A stretch of 61,245 nt of DNA, filler included, from Hausera hauseri (lineage: Eukaryota): assembly GCA_046269625.1 (NCBI GenBank). It is 11 parts of 11 records of this genome, joined end to end, with 100 filler letters (N's around TTAATTAATTAA, not from the genome) between each part and the next. Parts side by side here need not be neighbours in the genome. Positions count along the whole stretch, not along the records: positions 47,201 to 52,546 come from JBJURY010273952.1; positions 52,647 to 56,692 come from JBJURY010796090.1; positions 56,793 to 61,245 come from JBJURY010573561.1; 8 more parts are not named here. One strand, written 5' to 3'. The stretch's first letter is position 1, and the number at the start of each line of letters is the position of its first letter. The notes beneath the pieces are model-generated. The model was not told the origin of the DNA. It did no database searches and saw only the letters and a program-made list of their open reading frames with translations. Position numbers and translations under genes: made by a program. Below, one piece after another: positions 49,924 to 61,245 of the stretch.

Positions 49924-50053
49924 GCTCCACTGTTAGCTGGATGCTAACTTTAGCTCCACTGTTAGCTGGATGCTAACTTTAGCTCCATGGTTAGCTGGAT
50001 GCTAACTTTAGCTCCACGGTTAGCTGGATGCTAACTTTAGCTCCATGGTTAGC
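49924..50053. repeat. 29-bp tandem repeat x~4.5 with internal GTTAGC/GCTAAC hairpin
   Basis: GCTCCACTGTTAGCTGGATGCTAACTTTA units at 49924, 49953, 49982, 50011, 50040. Confidence 0.92.
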
Positions 50054-50874
50054 TCTACAGTTGGGTTTTACACCAACGCCTCAGTCCACAACACACTTGC
50101 TACATTTAAGGTAAGTTAAAGTCATAAAGTTGTGCTCTTACTCATGCTACAAACATCTCTGCATAGTTAACTTCTATCTTTTAGCTTGAAAACGAACATC
50201 AAAAGGCTCTTCAGTCCTTTAGCACGACTTGTTGGACATTTTAACCATGCTGCTGCAAAACCTCTTCACAAACTCTTTAACAGGTGACTAAAGTCCAGTT
50301 TGACTTTGTCACAAAACACTAATGAGACACTACTATCGTTTCTAATATGTTATTTACCAGCCAGCTTACCTGCAAAGCAGAAAAACACCGTCAATCACAG
50401 GAGCAACTACACTGCTTCATCAAACACTGACCAACTTCTATTGGCCAGAGTCAGCGACCAGTACACAGAGCACAGAGCACCCTCTGCTGGACAAACCCAT
50501 TATTGCACTCTTCAACAAAATAGTTTCTCAGCACAAAGTGACCTCAAACATAAAAATAAAATGGGGGGCTACCATTTTCATAGATTATCTACTTCATGGT
50601 GCCACATTTCTGTCAATCAAAGGTCAGACTTTGTTTTCCTCCACATGGAGCAGCTGCGTCACTTCAGCTGTTCATCAATCAACTTGTTGACAAAGTCAAT
50701 CCTGTTGTTTTCTTCAGGAGATTCTCAGAGTCTTTCTCCTGACTGGACTCTGCAGCTCCTCGCAGCTGAATTCTACTTGTTTTTGTGTTTGAAGCTGATG
50801 AAGGAGCTCTTTAGAGCTTTCAGTTCATGTCATCAGTTCCAGCTGTGTCTCATTTCTTCTGTGTGTCTCCTCAG

Positions 50875-51039
50875 ACTGACTTCCTGTTTCCTGTCAGAGA
50901 GCAGCTGTGGAGTTCTGTCCTCAGTTCTCAGCTCTCAGTCCTCCGCTCTCAAAGAACTGGACCTGAGTGACAACAACCTGCAGGATTCAGGAGTCCAGCT
51001 GCTGCTGCAGAGTCCAGACTGTCACCTGGAGAAGCTGAG
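50875..51039 (+). CDS. LRR exon of a teleost NLR (NLRC3-like/NLR-C) gene
   Basis: Polypyrimidine tract-CAG|...|GT boundaries; [55 protein letters not shown]. Confidence 0.88.
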
Positions 51040-51204
51040 GTGATGTAAAACCTGATGATGTTAATGATTGAAGTTCTAAGTCCAGGAACAAATCTGGGAC
51101 CAAAAGCCTGTTTCAGGATCAGTGTAGGAGGGTGTGAAGGTTTACAGTCCTGTGATGGTCCTACAGACCAGGATTGTCTCTAATCTCAGATTTAGACCTG
51201 ATGT

Positions 51205-51890
51205 TTCCAATCTAATCTGAACAGACCTGAGTTCCACCTTGATCACAGGACGTCCTCCTCTGTCAGTTGTCCTCTCCACAGTGATGACATCATCACCACC
51301 TCACAGTGACTCCACTGTAGTCCCTCAATGAGGAGCTGGTTCACCACAGCTGAAACATCTTTGTCTTCAGTGTAGAAAACTGCAGAAATAATCAGACACA
51401 TCAGGACCAAACTGAGTACTGGTCTTTTTACAGGCCCGGTCCAATTTATCTTCCATTTGTTCAATTGTTTTCAACAAACTTCTCTCCACATCCATGTTCT
51501 CTTGGAGCTGTTTTACTTTGTGAGAGAACTCAGCCTTCAGACACTCCTTACTGTCACTGACCAAACTTTGTAAAGAATCACAGAAACTGTTCACCTTAGA
51601 GTTCAGCTGCTCTTCTAATGTGACTTTAACCCCTCAACTGTGGAGCTTAACAGCCTGAGTTCATGTAATATATACTGCTTGAAGTTAAATCATCTTTAAC
51701 ATCTTTCTGCTCCTTCTGTCTCGTGTTTGAACCTTCACTCCACATATTAACTGCTGCCGAACCAGAAACACAAATAAACTCTCTTGTACAACCCTCTGTC
51801 CAAACCACGGACTGAATTTTTAGACGAGGATTAATTTTCCACTCAGCAGGAAGAGACACTAGAACTCAGCTGCTCCCTGTCGGCCATCTT
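51205..51890 (-). mobile_element. LINE (L2/CR1/Crack-like) 5' end and ORF1 remnant
   Basis: Begins AAGATGGCCGAC; coiled-coil followed by FGPDVS..DVSAVVNQLLIEGL..VERTTDRGGRPVIKVELRS, broken by frameshifts. Confidence 0.5.
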
Positions 51891-52039
51891 TACTAGAAAA
51901 CAATGACAAGGAAATCTATGATCAGAATGAAATAGTAAATTAATTCAGTCAATGTTATGTAAATGTTGGTCCAAGTAAAAGTAGATATTAACACGAGTCA
52001 TACAGTCATGAGTTGTGCCAACAGTGTTCTTCTGGGTTA

Positions 52040-52440
52040 ATCTGTATATTTGTATGTATCTATGTGTTTACTCGTGTGTATACTGTCATACATTTACTGC
52101 ATATAAACTCCTGAGTATCTACTATGCAAATACGTCTGCGTATGCACTACGCATATTCTTGTGTGTATGTAAGTATATACTCATATGTGTATCAATATGT
52201 GTACTTGTGCATATATGCATATGCTCGCGTGTATCTATGTATATGCTCGTGTGTATCTATGCATATAATCACATGTATCTGCTAGGAATATAATCGCATG
52301 TATCTAATATGCATATACTCGTATGTATCTGTACATATGCTCGTGTTTATCTACGCGTATACTCTTGCATATCTAATATGTATATCAGAGTGTGTATCTA
52401 CTATGGATGTAATTGTGCGCATCTAACATGTATATAACTT
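52040..52440. repeat. Low-complexity (TA/TG/CA)-rich degenerate microsatellite
   Basis: Alternating purine-pyrimidine tract; gives a spurious Y/C/V/I ORF. Confidence 0.85.
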
Positions 52441-52646
52441 ACACCACAAGTCGGCCCTTGCGCAGACATATTCTGGGAGTCGTCAGTGGTTCCAAATTCT
52501 CTGTCTTTCCTGCCTTTGCCCCACGAACATCGTAACTTAAGCCCCTNNNNNNNNNNNNNNNNNNNNNNNNNNNNNNNNNNNNNNNNNNNNTTAATTAATT
52601 AANNNNNNNNNNNNNNNNNNNNNNNNNNNNNNNNNNNNNNNNNNNN

Positions 52647-53060
52647 GTGATGTGATCTGGGGTGTGCTTGGTTTTGGACGAGGTGCTGGTAAATTTGTTT
52701 GTATGTTAGCTGTAAGAAGGTTTCTCTTTTATGAATGGCAGTAATTCTTCGCTGAAGTTCGGTAGTGGTCCGAAATAGTGGGGTACTGTATTCTTGTGTT
52801 TATGCAGTTTGGTTATTCGTATACCAATGTAGTAGTGGGCTAAAGGGTGTGCTTGTGGGTGTCTGATGATCTCCGCGACGTGACGAATTCGCAGCGCGTC
52901 TATTTTAGTTTGTATGTCATGTAATGCGATGCCCCCTGCGTGGTTGTCTTGGATGAGGGTCGTGTATTGTATGTTGCTAATGGTGTTTTTGAAAATTAAT
53001 CTTCTTATGTTCTGATTTATTCGCCTTATAATTTCTTTAGGTGGTGAGCATACATTTGCT
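52647..53060 (-). mobile_element. Tx1-like LINE ORF2 C-terminal remnant
   Basis: GGIALHDIQTKIDALRIRHV..HPLAHYYIG on the minus strand. Confidence 0.7.
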
Positions 53061-53639
53061 TTGTGTTTACCACCAAGCTCCTACAAAAAATGGTTAGGAT
53101 CTTGTGTTTTTACCTATTTAGGAGGTCTTCGATTTGGGTCACGAGTTTCCATCGTCGATGGTGGTTCCTCTTATTTGTCGGGTAGAACTCAATGCCGCAT
53201 ACCTTCATTTCGTGCACATGCGCTAGCGCAAGGGGTTACTCGGTCTTACCCTCTTTGGACTACAGCCCTTATCAGGGCTTATCCATAAGAGCTGACGCTC
53301 GCGGACGAGGAGATCCAACAACAACAACCTTGCCACTCGCCAGTGCCCATAATTGTGTCAGAATGTTGCGGATGGATTTGCCCGGGAAAAAGCGTTCTCC
53401 TGCACCTGGTAACATGACGCATTTGATGTCTTGCAGCATATTAATGCGTAGGTTTTTACTGTTTAAAGTCTGGTTTAGTTAATGGCTGCCTCTCGAGTTT
53501 GTGTGTGTGTGGGTGGGGGTGTTTTTTTTTTTTTTTAGTTTTGTAAAAAAAAAATGTATTGACCGTTCAACAAATTACCATGAAATGGTGAAACAATATA
53601 ACAAATGAGAAATAGAGAAATAATCATGGGGCATTAGTT

Positions 53640-54630
53640 TCATTATGTAATGTGGTGTCTGTGGACATCTGGGTTTGCATTATCTTCATCGCTTGTCGTC
53701 GTTTCTTCATCTTGGATGTCGGAGTTGGTGTCTTGATCGTCGTCGGTCTCATGTTCATCTGGATTGAAGTTGAGAAGAGCGTTGGTTTCTGCGTCTATGA
53801 GGCTGTCAGGGGTGTCGGTGTGTGTCGTCCGAGGCACATTTCTGATAGGTGATAGTCTCCGACTTCAGGATTCAGTGGCTGATTCGTTGGGCTGCGTTGG
53901 TGTACTGGGGGATCTCGTTCGCTTGGGAGTCTGCTCGAGGGCATTTAGCGCTTCATGTTTGGTAGGTGGGTTCGTCTTGGGTGCTGTTTTCCTTGACTCA
54001 TTGGATTGACGGTCAGTGGAAGTATCCGCAGGTGGATGCGCCAAAACTAGTGGAGTATTTTTGTTTCCGTCTCGGTCTTGATGTTACACAGTTTACATGT
54101 GTGTCCCAGGATTGGAGTCGTTGAAAACAATAGTCTGTATGTGACTTCTTTTGCCTTTAGTGGTGTACTTAGTCTGTGGAGGTCCGTGAATATCTCCGTG
54201 TAATCGGTGATGCAATTGTTCCGTCCCATCTTTATTCTTTGGTCTATTGTGGTTCTTGTTGTTTGGTTAGATGTTTATAAATGTATCGTATGGCAGTAAC
54301 TATTTTTTCCTTTTGTTTGTTTTATGCATTTTGCGTAGAAGGATGGAGGTTTTCCAACGTGGTGTGGTGTTGTGTTGTCCAGTTTGTGGGTTCTGCAAAA
54401 GTGTGTGCCTATGTAGTAATGAGCTAAAGCAATTTTTTGGGGGTATTTGATTATGTCTCCTATGTATTTTACTCTTAATGAATTTATTTTCGTGTTGATG
54501 TCTTGCAGTGCGATTCCTCCCCTTGCCTGGTCTTGCATTAGAGTTTTGTGTTTTATGCTGTGTATGGTTCTGAAAACAAAATGTCTGATGTTTTTGTCTA
54601 TTTCTTTTATTGTTTTCCTTGGCATATTTA
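53640..54630 (-). mobile_element. Second Tx1-like LINE ORF2 3' remnant
   Basis: GGIALQDINTKINSLRVKYI..LAHYYIG; KEVTYRLLF..CKLC..ET..H zinc-binding region. Confidence 0.7.
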
Positions 54631-54631
54631 G

Positions 54632-55230
54632 TACCGTAAAACGGGGTAACTTTGGCCACTAGGGGTAACTTTGGGCCAGCGAGTGAAAACATCAACAACA
54701 TGTCAAAAATACTTCAAATCTTTTTATTTTATTTTCAAAATGAGTTTCAACAGATAAGAACACAGTTTTTAGTAATTTCAAACCATTTTTGTGATGAACT
54801 GGAATATTCAACCCTGACTAACTTCGTTTCAAAGATGGCCACTGTTTTGACATGTGTTTAGCATGCTGTAAACTTTCTACTGTAAATCAAGTTTCCAAGT
54901 GAAAGTAAGTATAATTCATTGTATTGTCATACTTTGAATAAGTGTTAGTAAGCATAATTGCCTTTATTTAGATGAATACATAATCCAGTAAACAATTGTT
55001 TAGGTGGCCAATGTTACCCCAATAAACTTTGTAATTTTGGGGTAACTTTGGCCACATGGTTGATAAGTAAACAATGGTTGCAAAGTTTCAAACAAAATGT
55101 GTCATTAATTATGGTATTAGGAATAAAGTGTACATAATTTGTATTGTTGGTGTTTTCAGTGTTGGAGGAGGTAAATTAGGTAGATTAGATGTTCTAGATG
55201 GTCAGGTACCCAGCTGGCCAAAGTTACCCC
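54632..55230 (+). mobile_element. End of a TA-inserting DNA transposon (Tc1/pogo-like, non-autonomous) with repeated GGGGTAACTTTGGCCA subterminal motifs
   Basis: TA|CCGTAAAACGGGGTAACTTTGG truncates the Tx1 remnant; motif repeated directly (~54642, 54662, 55039) and inverted (~55005, 55215). Confidence 0.65.
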
Positions 55231-56092
55231 TTGATAAGTAAACAATGGCAGTAAAGTTTATATTGTTGAAACAAATGTGTCATTAATTATAGTATTAGGA
55301 ATACAGTATAAGGAATACAGTGTATAAATTAATTGAATATCAGTGAACAGCAAAGATATTAATGCCATCAAAACCTCTGTTACAGAAGTAGCACCCCAAA
55401 GAAATGCACTTTGGCACTGATGAGGAATATGGGCCGCAGCGTAAGAAAAAGCTTATGGATGTCCAGCCTGGGAAAAGTGTATTGGGTCCAACTGATATGG
55501 GTGTTACTGATCTTTTTGTTGGGCCAGGAACAATTGTATGAAACAGCAGAAAGTGCTTTGTCTTTCCTTAGTGATACAAGTGACAACCAATTGGTTTTCT
55601 CATTCAGGGGATGAGGAAAGGGTTCCGCCTGCAAAAAAAAGCTTGTCGAGACAACATTTTTTAAAAGTTTTCTTAATACTTTATGGTGGGTGATTGCTGT
55701 TTTTCAATATTGTTGAGAATCTGAACTTTGTTTGTACACTGCCTGCTTAGACATGTTTGTCTTTATTTAATGTTGTAAAAATGACTGAATGCGTTTGATT
55801 AGCTGTTGCTTTGTAATCATTTATGTGGCGTTTTTCCCGGATTCCATCTCCTGTTTTTACACACTTGTCTGTGTTTTGTGTCCTCGTGACGTAGCTGCAG
55901 CGTTGTCGTTAGCACACAAGTCGTGCAAAGCGCTAATTATATTCGAGCAGGGGGAATCCCCTTAAAATTCACGCTGAAAATTGGGCACTCTGCCAAATAA
56001 GCGACCCGAACGAACACTCACTACCTAGCAACTTGACTTTACAGTGATAGTAACGAGGACCACTTATGAGCCGGCCATCAAATATCGAAAGT

Positions 56093-56203
56093 AGGCGGTT
56101 GTACCTCACTCCTAGCAACAGCGTCCTGCTGACGGCCATCGCGCTGATCGGCGTGTGCGTCTTCATCCTTGTGATTATCGGCATCCTCCACTGGAAAGAG
56201 AAG
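56093..56203 (+). CDS. ITFG1: ITFG1/TIP (T-cell immunomodulatory protein) transmembrane exon, isolated
   Basis: RLYLTPSNSVLLTAIALIGVCVFILVIIGILHWKEK|GT matches the conserved ITFG1 C-terminal TM segment. Confidence 0.85.
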
Positions 56204-56792
56204 GTGGGGACACAGAAAACACTCACTCAGAAAACCACTAATTTAGACACTCAACTAGAAAGATACACTCTGGGTACATATTGTAATAGACATGATGAAC
56301 AGTATATCTTAACCGTAGCAATAAGGGAACCAGACAGGCATCAGCACATGATTGGATAATGTTGTCCGCATAACGCCAGGCCGCCTTTACTATTCCAGAG
56401 AATTTCTCCGGTACCCATTTTTGAGGCAGAGTGGGCACTGGTGCCGTTTCGGTCGAAAAAAAAAAATCCAACCACAGCTGAGATTGAACCCACGACCACA
56501 CGATTGGCACACGGGCGCACTAATCGCGACGCCATCGTGGCTCCTGTTAATGAAAGTTCAACACTTGATGTTTAGTTATTTTCTGTTTTATAATAGGCCA
56601 AGCCAGGTGCGGAAGCAGAATTTCTTTTTATGTTAGGAGTAAATCATGTTTAATTTTAATCACTAAACATGTTAATTTTTCTACATAAATTTNNNNNNNN
56701 NNNNNNNNNNNNNNNNNNNNNNNNNNNNNNNNNNNNTTAATTAATTAANNNNNNNNNNNNNNNNNNNNNNNNNNNNNNNNNNNNNNNNNNNN

Positions 56793-59062
56793 CGCTGTCG
56801 GTATGTTGGTTGTCCCAATAAAAGCCGCAGGTCAACCTCAATATTATATTTTCCACGGATGGAATTGTGTACACGATTTCTTGCAGCAGTTGCAAACCAT
56901 AGTGGAAACTGAAATTGCACCCTGGTACAGTAGAAATAGCAATAAACCCTTAATGTGGACGGATGAAGATGACGTCTGACGTTTGCAGTTACAGGTGAAT
57001 GTTACCTGTGCCACAAAATATTACCGTTTGATGCACAGGAATGGCTCGTACCGGATTACGACCATTTTACCGGTCGATATCTCGGAGCAGCATGTAATTC
57101 ATGCAATTTGGCAAGGCATGTTCAGCCATTCCTACCGGTGATATTTCATAACTTTGGAGGTTATGACTGTCACCATATTCTGAAATGGGCCATAAACGGA
57201 TTTCCTCACTGGGAACTATCCATAATTCCAACAACGATGGAGAAGTACCTCTCCCCATCGGCATGCATAAACCGGTTCCATGTAAGGTTTCTTGACTTAT
57301 TGCAGTTCTTCAATGAGTCTCTAGGAAAGCTTGTAAGTGCCTTGCCGGATATGCCGATAACGATTACGCAGATCCCTGCGCATATTGCACGCAGCAAAGG
57401 CACATTCCCATATTACTTTGCTGTGTTGTACGAGCGGCTTCAGACAATAGATGAATTGCCGCCACAATAGACCGGAATCACAGAGGACGAGTACCACAGA
57501 GCACAAGAAGCGTGGAAAGAGCTCGGCTGCAGAAACATGTTGGAGTACGTGCTCCAGTACATGAAACTAGATGTGTTTCAGATATTTCGTGCTAAAGCGT
57601 TGGCGGAAGATAGGCTGGAGTGACTGAACTTTTACTCCATACCGAGAATGAGTTGGGCATCGGCAATAATGGCACTGGAAAGGGAAATTGAGCTGCTGCA
57701 AGACCCAAAAATGTACCGGGTGTATGATGTTGTTATTCGCGGTAGAATGACATTTGTCAACAAGCATCACGTAACCAGTGATGACGGTGATAAAACGTCA
57801 ATCTTGTACATTGATATTAATAACCTGTACGGCTGGGCGCTTTCGCAACCCTTGCCGTACAATTCGTTTGAATGGATAATGGACAAACAAGAATTGTATA
57901 CATTGCTGGACAATCTGCGAGCAGCAAACACTACAGAAATCAGCACAGTCGGCTACCTAATGGAAGTCGATCTTTTAGTACCAAATGAGCTGCATGACGC
58001 TCTGGACGAATTACCCATGGCATTAATCAGCCAATGTCCACCCGGCTCAAAAGTAAAGAAACTGCTCATGACGCATGAACCCAAATCGAATTACGTGGTT
58101 CATTGGCGTCTAGTGCAGTTTTACATGCAGCTCGGTGTACGCGTCACACAGCTGCATCGTGCAATCCGCTTCAATCAGGCGCCGATTTTCAAGGCGTACA
58201 TTGATGGAAATTCATAGAAACGAGCTGTAGCTTGTATAAAGTTTGAAAAGGACTACTACAAATTGAAAAATAATTCTCTCTACGGCAAAACAGTAGAGAA
58301 CCTCAAAAAGTAACTCAATGTACGCCTGTGTAACAACGAAAAGCGGCTGGTTATGTACACCAGCAAGGTTTAGTTCAGGCGGTCAATGCATATTGCCGAT
58401 GGATTGGTTGTGGTGCTGTTAAACCGGGAAGAAGTCGTACTAGACCGACCAAGCTATATCGGACAAGTGGTATTGGACCTGAGCAAGTTGCGGATGTACG
58501 AGCTCCAGTATCGCGACTTGGCATGTTACCGGCAAATGTTCGATGGCTGTGACATCAGTATAGTTTCCGGTGCCACAGACAGCTTTTCCTTGAGCTGAAG
58601 AACGTCAATCGCGACCAACTGCTGTAAAAAATGATGACAGATGGACTACTAGACACGTACAATTACCCAATGAATCATTCGCTGTATAGCAACGCCATGA
58701 CGAACAAAATCGGCTGCTTCAAGGATGAAAGCGAAGTCCGTGTTCAATACCGAGAATGTACATTCCTACGCCCAAAGTGCTACAGTCTCTTGACGGTATG
58801 TGGACCGAAAATGCGCGCAAAAGGCGTTCAGCTGGCCCAGACGGAAATCGACCACGGTGATTATCGCCGTGTCTATGAAAAAGGAGGAGACGGAGGAGGA
58901 GGAAAATCAAAGGCTGTTGTGTCACAAATGATCATCCGATTAATTGAGCACCAGCTGTATACGGTAACCAATTCAAAAAACTCTTTATCATGCAATGATG
59001 ATAAGCGTAATTGGGTGGGGCGGGATAAGAGTTGGGCATACGGACATTGGCCTTTGGAATAA
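56793..59062 (+). pseudogene. Second Polinton/adintovirus-type pPolB (5'-truncated by the contig end, disrupted)
   Basis: DHFTGRYLGAACNSCN, IFHNFGGYD, KGTFPY, LYIDINNLYGWALSQPLP (motif A), KLKNNSLYGKTVEN (motif B), GATDSF (motif C), RAKGV, SLSCNDDKR..WAYGHW. Confidence 0.93.
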
Positions 59063-59289
59063 AACACGCACACACAGATGAAATCGGTGCAGACAGATAA
59101 ATTAACTATGATATTTTGTTGTGATATGTGTTTTATAAATAATGTATATTGTTCATTGTTTTGCCTTTTGTTTTACTATTTTATTATTATTTAATGTACC
59201 TTTATATTTAACTTAATATGACGAGAAACAATATGAAAAACAAACAAACAAAACCAATAAAATTTATTAATCATCATAAGCTAAAATCA

Positions 59290-59761
59290 AAAACAGTCAA
59301 ATCAGCGTAAACTTTCCCAGCTTTTATATTGGTGATTTAACGCCGTGTAGATCCTTGTATCCTTTCAACTTCAATGTTAGATGGCCTTTAGCTCTGTCCA
59401 ATGGCAAAACTGCTGCTGTTGATGCTGCTGTTCCTCCGCCATGTGAACCGGCAATTTTCGCCACATTTCCTTTCAGAAAAATCGACGATGTATCTCGGAT
59501 ATTGTAAATCAACACCAAATCACTCTCAACTTTTCTAATTGTTTCTTCCATCGTATCCAAATCATCTTCGTTGATCTTTTTCACCGACAGACCATATTTC
59601 AACGGTTTGATTTTGACCGTTTGCGTCAATTGCAATTGAATAGTGTTGCGCAGATAATGTAAGCTGTATCCATTATACAACCGGGAATTTCTGAGCGATT
59701 ATTCACTGTACCGTGGCTTTTTGCGACTGTCACCATCTGCTGAATTGTTTTCAAAAGACAT
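59290..59761 (-). pseudogene. Small viral-type gene of unknown function, convergent with PolB, with TATA+TCAGTT promoter (59806-59782)
   Basis: Minus strand TATAAATA...TCAGTT...ATG(59761); early stop and frameshift into ORF 59680-59324. Confidence 0.5.
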
Positions 59762-59888
59762 TGTTTAAAAATGCAAACGTGAACTGAAATTGCATCTCTA
59801 TTTATACCAGCTGTTTGTTTTCATTGTAAACAATAGACATTTACTTTATGAGTATTGTCTTATCACAATGATATAAATTACCTCCACG

Positions 59889-60074
59889 TCATTGAAACCC
59901 ATGTTCGTTATTGAAGAAGTCATTTGTAATGTGTACAATTTCCATTATAGCACATTTGCACTCTGGACATTGGTGGGTTGTTACTTTGGTGGTGGAACAC
60001 ATTTGACAAACAATGAGATGGCCGCACATTAATAATACCGTATTAACTTTTATTTGTTTACATAGTACACACAA
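59889..60074 (-). CDS. C3HC4 RING finger (IAP/MDM-type) domain
   Basis: CVLC..VNTVLLMCGHLIVCQMC....CPECK; true start uncertain (frameshift upstream). Confidence 0.8.
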   Translation of the reverse strand: MCVLCKQIKVNTVLLMCGHLIVCQMCSTTKVTTHQCPECKCAIMEIVHITNDFFNNEHGFQ

Positions 60075-60153
60075 ACTGACAGTCTTGTACTTTGTCCATT
60101 GTTTTTGCGTTGAAGTTCTTTAATTCACCGCGTACCTTTTCAACAGTATTAAA

Positions 60154-60444
60154 CTAATTTGTATCGTACAATCGGTGAATGTACATTTGATTTAATACAA
60201 TGATTAGATTTTCTATAGAGCTGCAATCTATTGTTACTATCATCAATGCTATTGACTCTAAATCTACTTTAAATCCATTTGTAATTTTTGCTTTTTCCGT
60301 CAGGACTTTCCACACAACACCGGGCTTAAATATGTACAGAAGCTGTTTGAAAATGTTACCGACGTCCATAATGCGTAATTCCTTTATTATGTACCGGGCA
60401 TTATCGTCTTGGAAAGCTTCAATATTTATAAATCCTGTCGCCAT
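60154..60444 (-). pseudogene. Small protein with a DEDD/DnaQ-like N-terminal motif, probably internally deleted
   Basis: GFINIEAFQDDNARYIIKEL.IMD..YIFKP resembles the exonuclease-like accessory proteins of Polintons; sequence changes character after KITN. Confidence 0.45.
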
Positions 60445-60519
60445 TACGTATCATGTACAAAATCATTTTTGTTTATAACACAAACAACTAACTATTATTA
60501 TTATTATTACAATCATTAA

Positions 60520-60971
60520 AAGTGTTTTTGTCCATATCACCAAAGCCAAATTTTTGCGTTTATTTCGTGTTGCTTCATTGACACAAAACAGTCCCCATTG
60601 TTCCGGTGACATTACACTGAATTCCACCTCTTTACAGCGAAGAAAAACGAATTGTGCGATTGTACTGCCTTTGGGAAAAGCATACGGTTCGCCGGATTAG
60701 TTTTCCGGCAACACCTTAATTTCACCACGGAAATCTGAATTAAAGACGCCACCCACAACCGTCAGTCCGAGCTTTGTCAGTCCGCTTTTCGATAAAAGTT
60801 GGCCGTAGTAACTGTGTGGAATCGCCAATCGAATCTCAGTTATGCATTTGATTATGCTGTCCGAAATTGCCGTATTGACATTGGAAAACACATCGTAGCC
60901 TGCACTATTTGCTGTCTCGGTACAAAGGCATTTTCTTCTGTTAAGATAATCTTTACATCATTTATTATCAT
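60520..60971 (-). pseudogene. dUTPase pseudogene
   Basis: SAGYDV (motif I), YYGQLLSKSGL (II), GGVFNSDFRGEIKV (III), IAQFVF (IV), FGFG (V-like); two frameshifts and one stop. Confidence 0.9.
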
Positions 60972-61064
60972 TATTCTTATGCTTATTTTTTTTAATTATA
61001 CGTATATTTATACTCATTAATTGGGTTGATGAAAGAAGAACGGCAAAACAAAATTTATTGATAA

Positions 61065-61245
61065 TTAAAATGTGCTACAGCTACACGCCAAATCGGGCTT
61101 ATGATACCGGCTTTTTCCTTGTATCCTTGCAATTCATTATGCAGTCGACATTTTAAATCATCATCGGGTACATGAGACATTTCGCGACCGATAAAATCAA
61201 ATAGTTTTGTTTTCTGCGCTTGTAAATCGACAGATTGCTGTTGCA
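61065..61245 (-). CDS. C-terminal fragment of an unknown protein entering from the window edge
   Basis: Open minus frame QQQSVDLQAQKTKLFDFIGREMSH...RVAVAHF*, followed by AATAAA. Confidence 0.4.

Noticed and set aside
49924-50053. 29-bp palindromic repeats as a CRISPR array
   Set aside because: Units are head-to-tail with no spacers, there are no cas genes, and the context is eukaryotic.
50300-50874. 247-aa ORF as a full protein
   Set aside because: Only 50875-51039 is an LRR exon; the rest is a chance open frame in intron sequence.
52015-52293. Cys/Tyr-rich 92-aa ORF
   Set aside because: Translation of a degenerate dinucleotide microsatellite.
1-61245. The two PolB loci as ends of one giant Polinton spanning the window
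   Set aside because: They are on different contigs, cover overlapping parts of PolB, and are highly divergent from each other.

Overview
This window is not one locus. It is 11 unrelated eukaryotic contigs (about 4-12 kb each) joined by ten artificial 100-nt spacers (N44-TTAATTAATTAA-N44, stops in all six frames). The DNA is dominated by decayed mobile elements. These include two endogenised Polinton/Maverick (adintovirus-type) protein-primed DNA polymerase loci (contig 1; contig 11 also carries dUTPase, RING and other small genes), four CsRN1-like Gypsy LTR-retrotransposon relics, and mariner/Tc1, hAT, L1, Tx1, Rex1 and Penelope fragments. Host genes are an intact intronless GT32 (DXD) glycosyltransferase, the first three exons of MARCHF6 with 44- and 53-nt introns, adjacent PCIF1 and TUT4/7 pseudogenes, a teleost-type NLR LRR exon, a HECT C-lobe fragment and an ITFG1 exon. 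At least two organisms appear to be present: an AT-rich invertebrate with short introns and a teleost-like vertebrate. Signals missed by the ORF track are four hammerhead-ribozyme-like motifs, a dense palindrome cluster, an LTR-like unit with TTAGGG/CCCTAA ends, and a virus-style ORFan with a TATA+TCAGTT promoter. I did not find a clearly intact, novel multi-gene system. The best candidates are listed with tests. All family assignments come from motif recognition by eye; no database searches were run.
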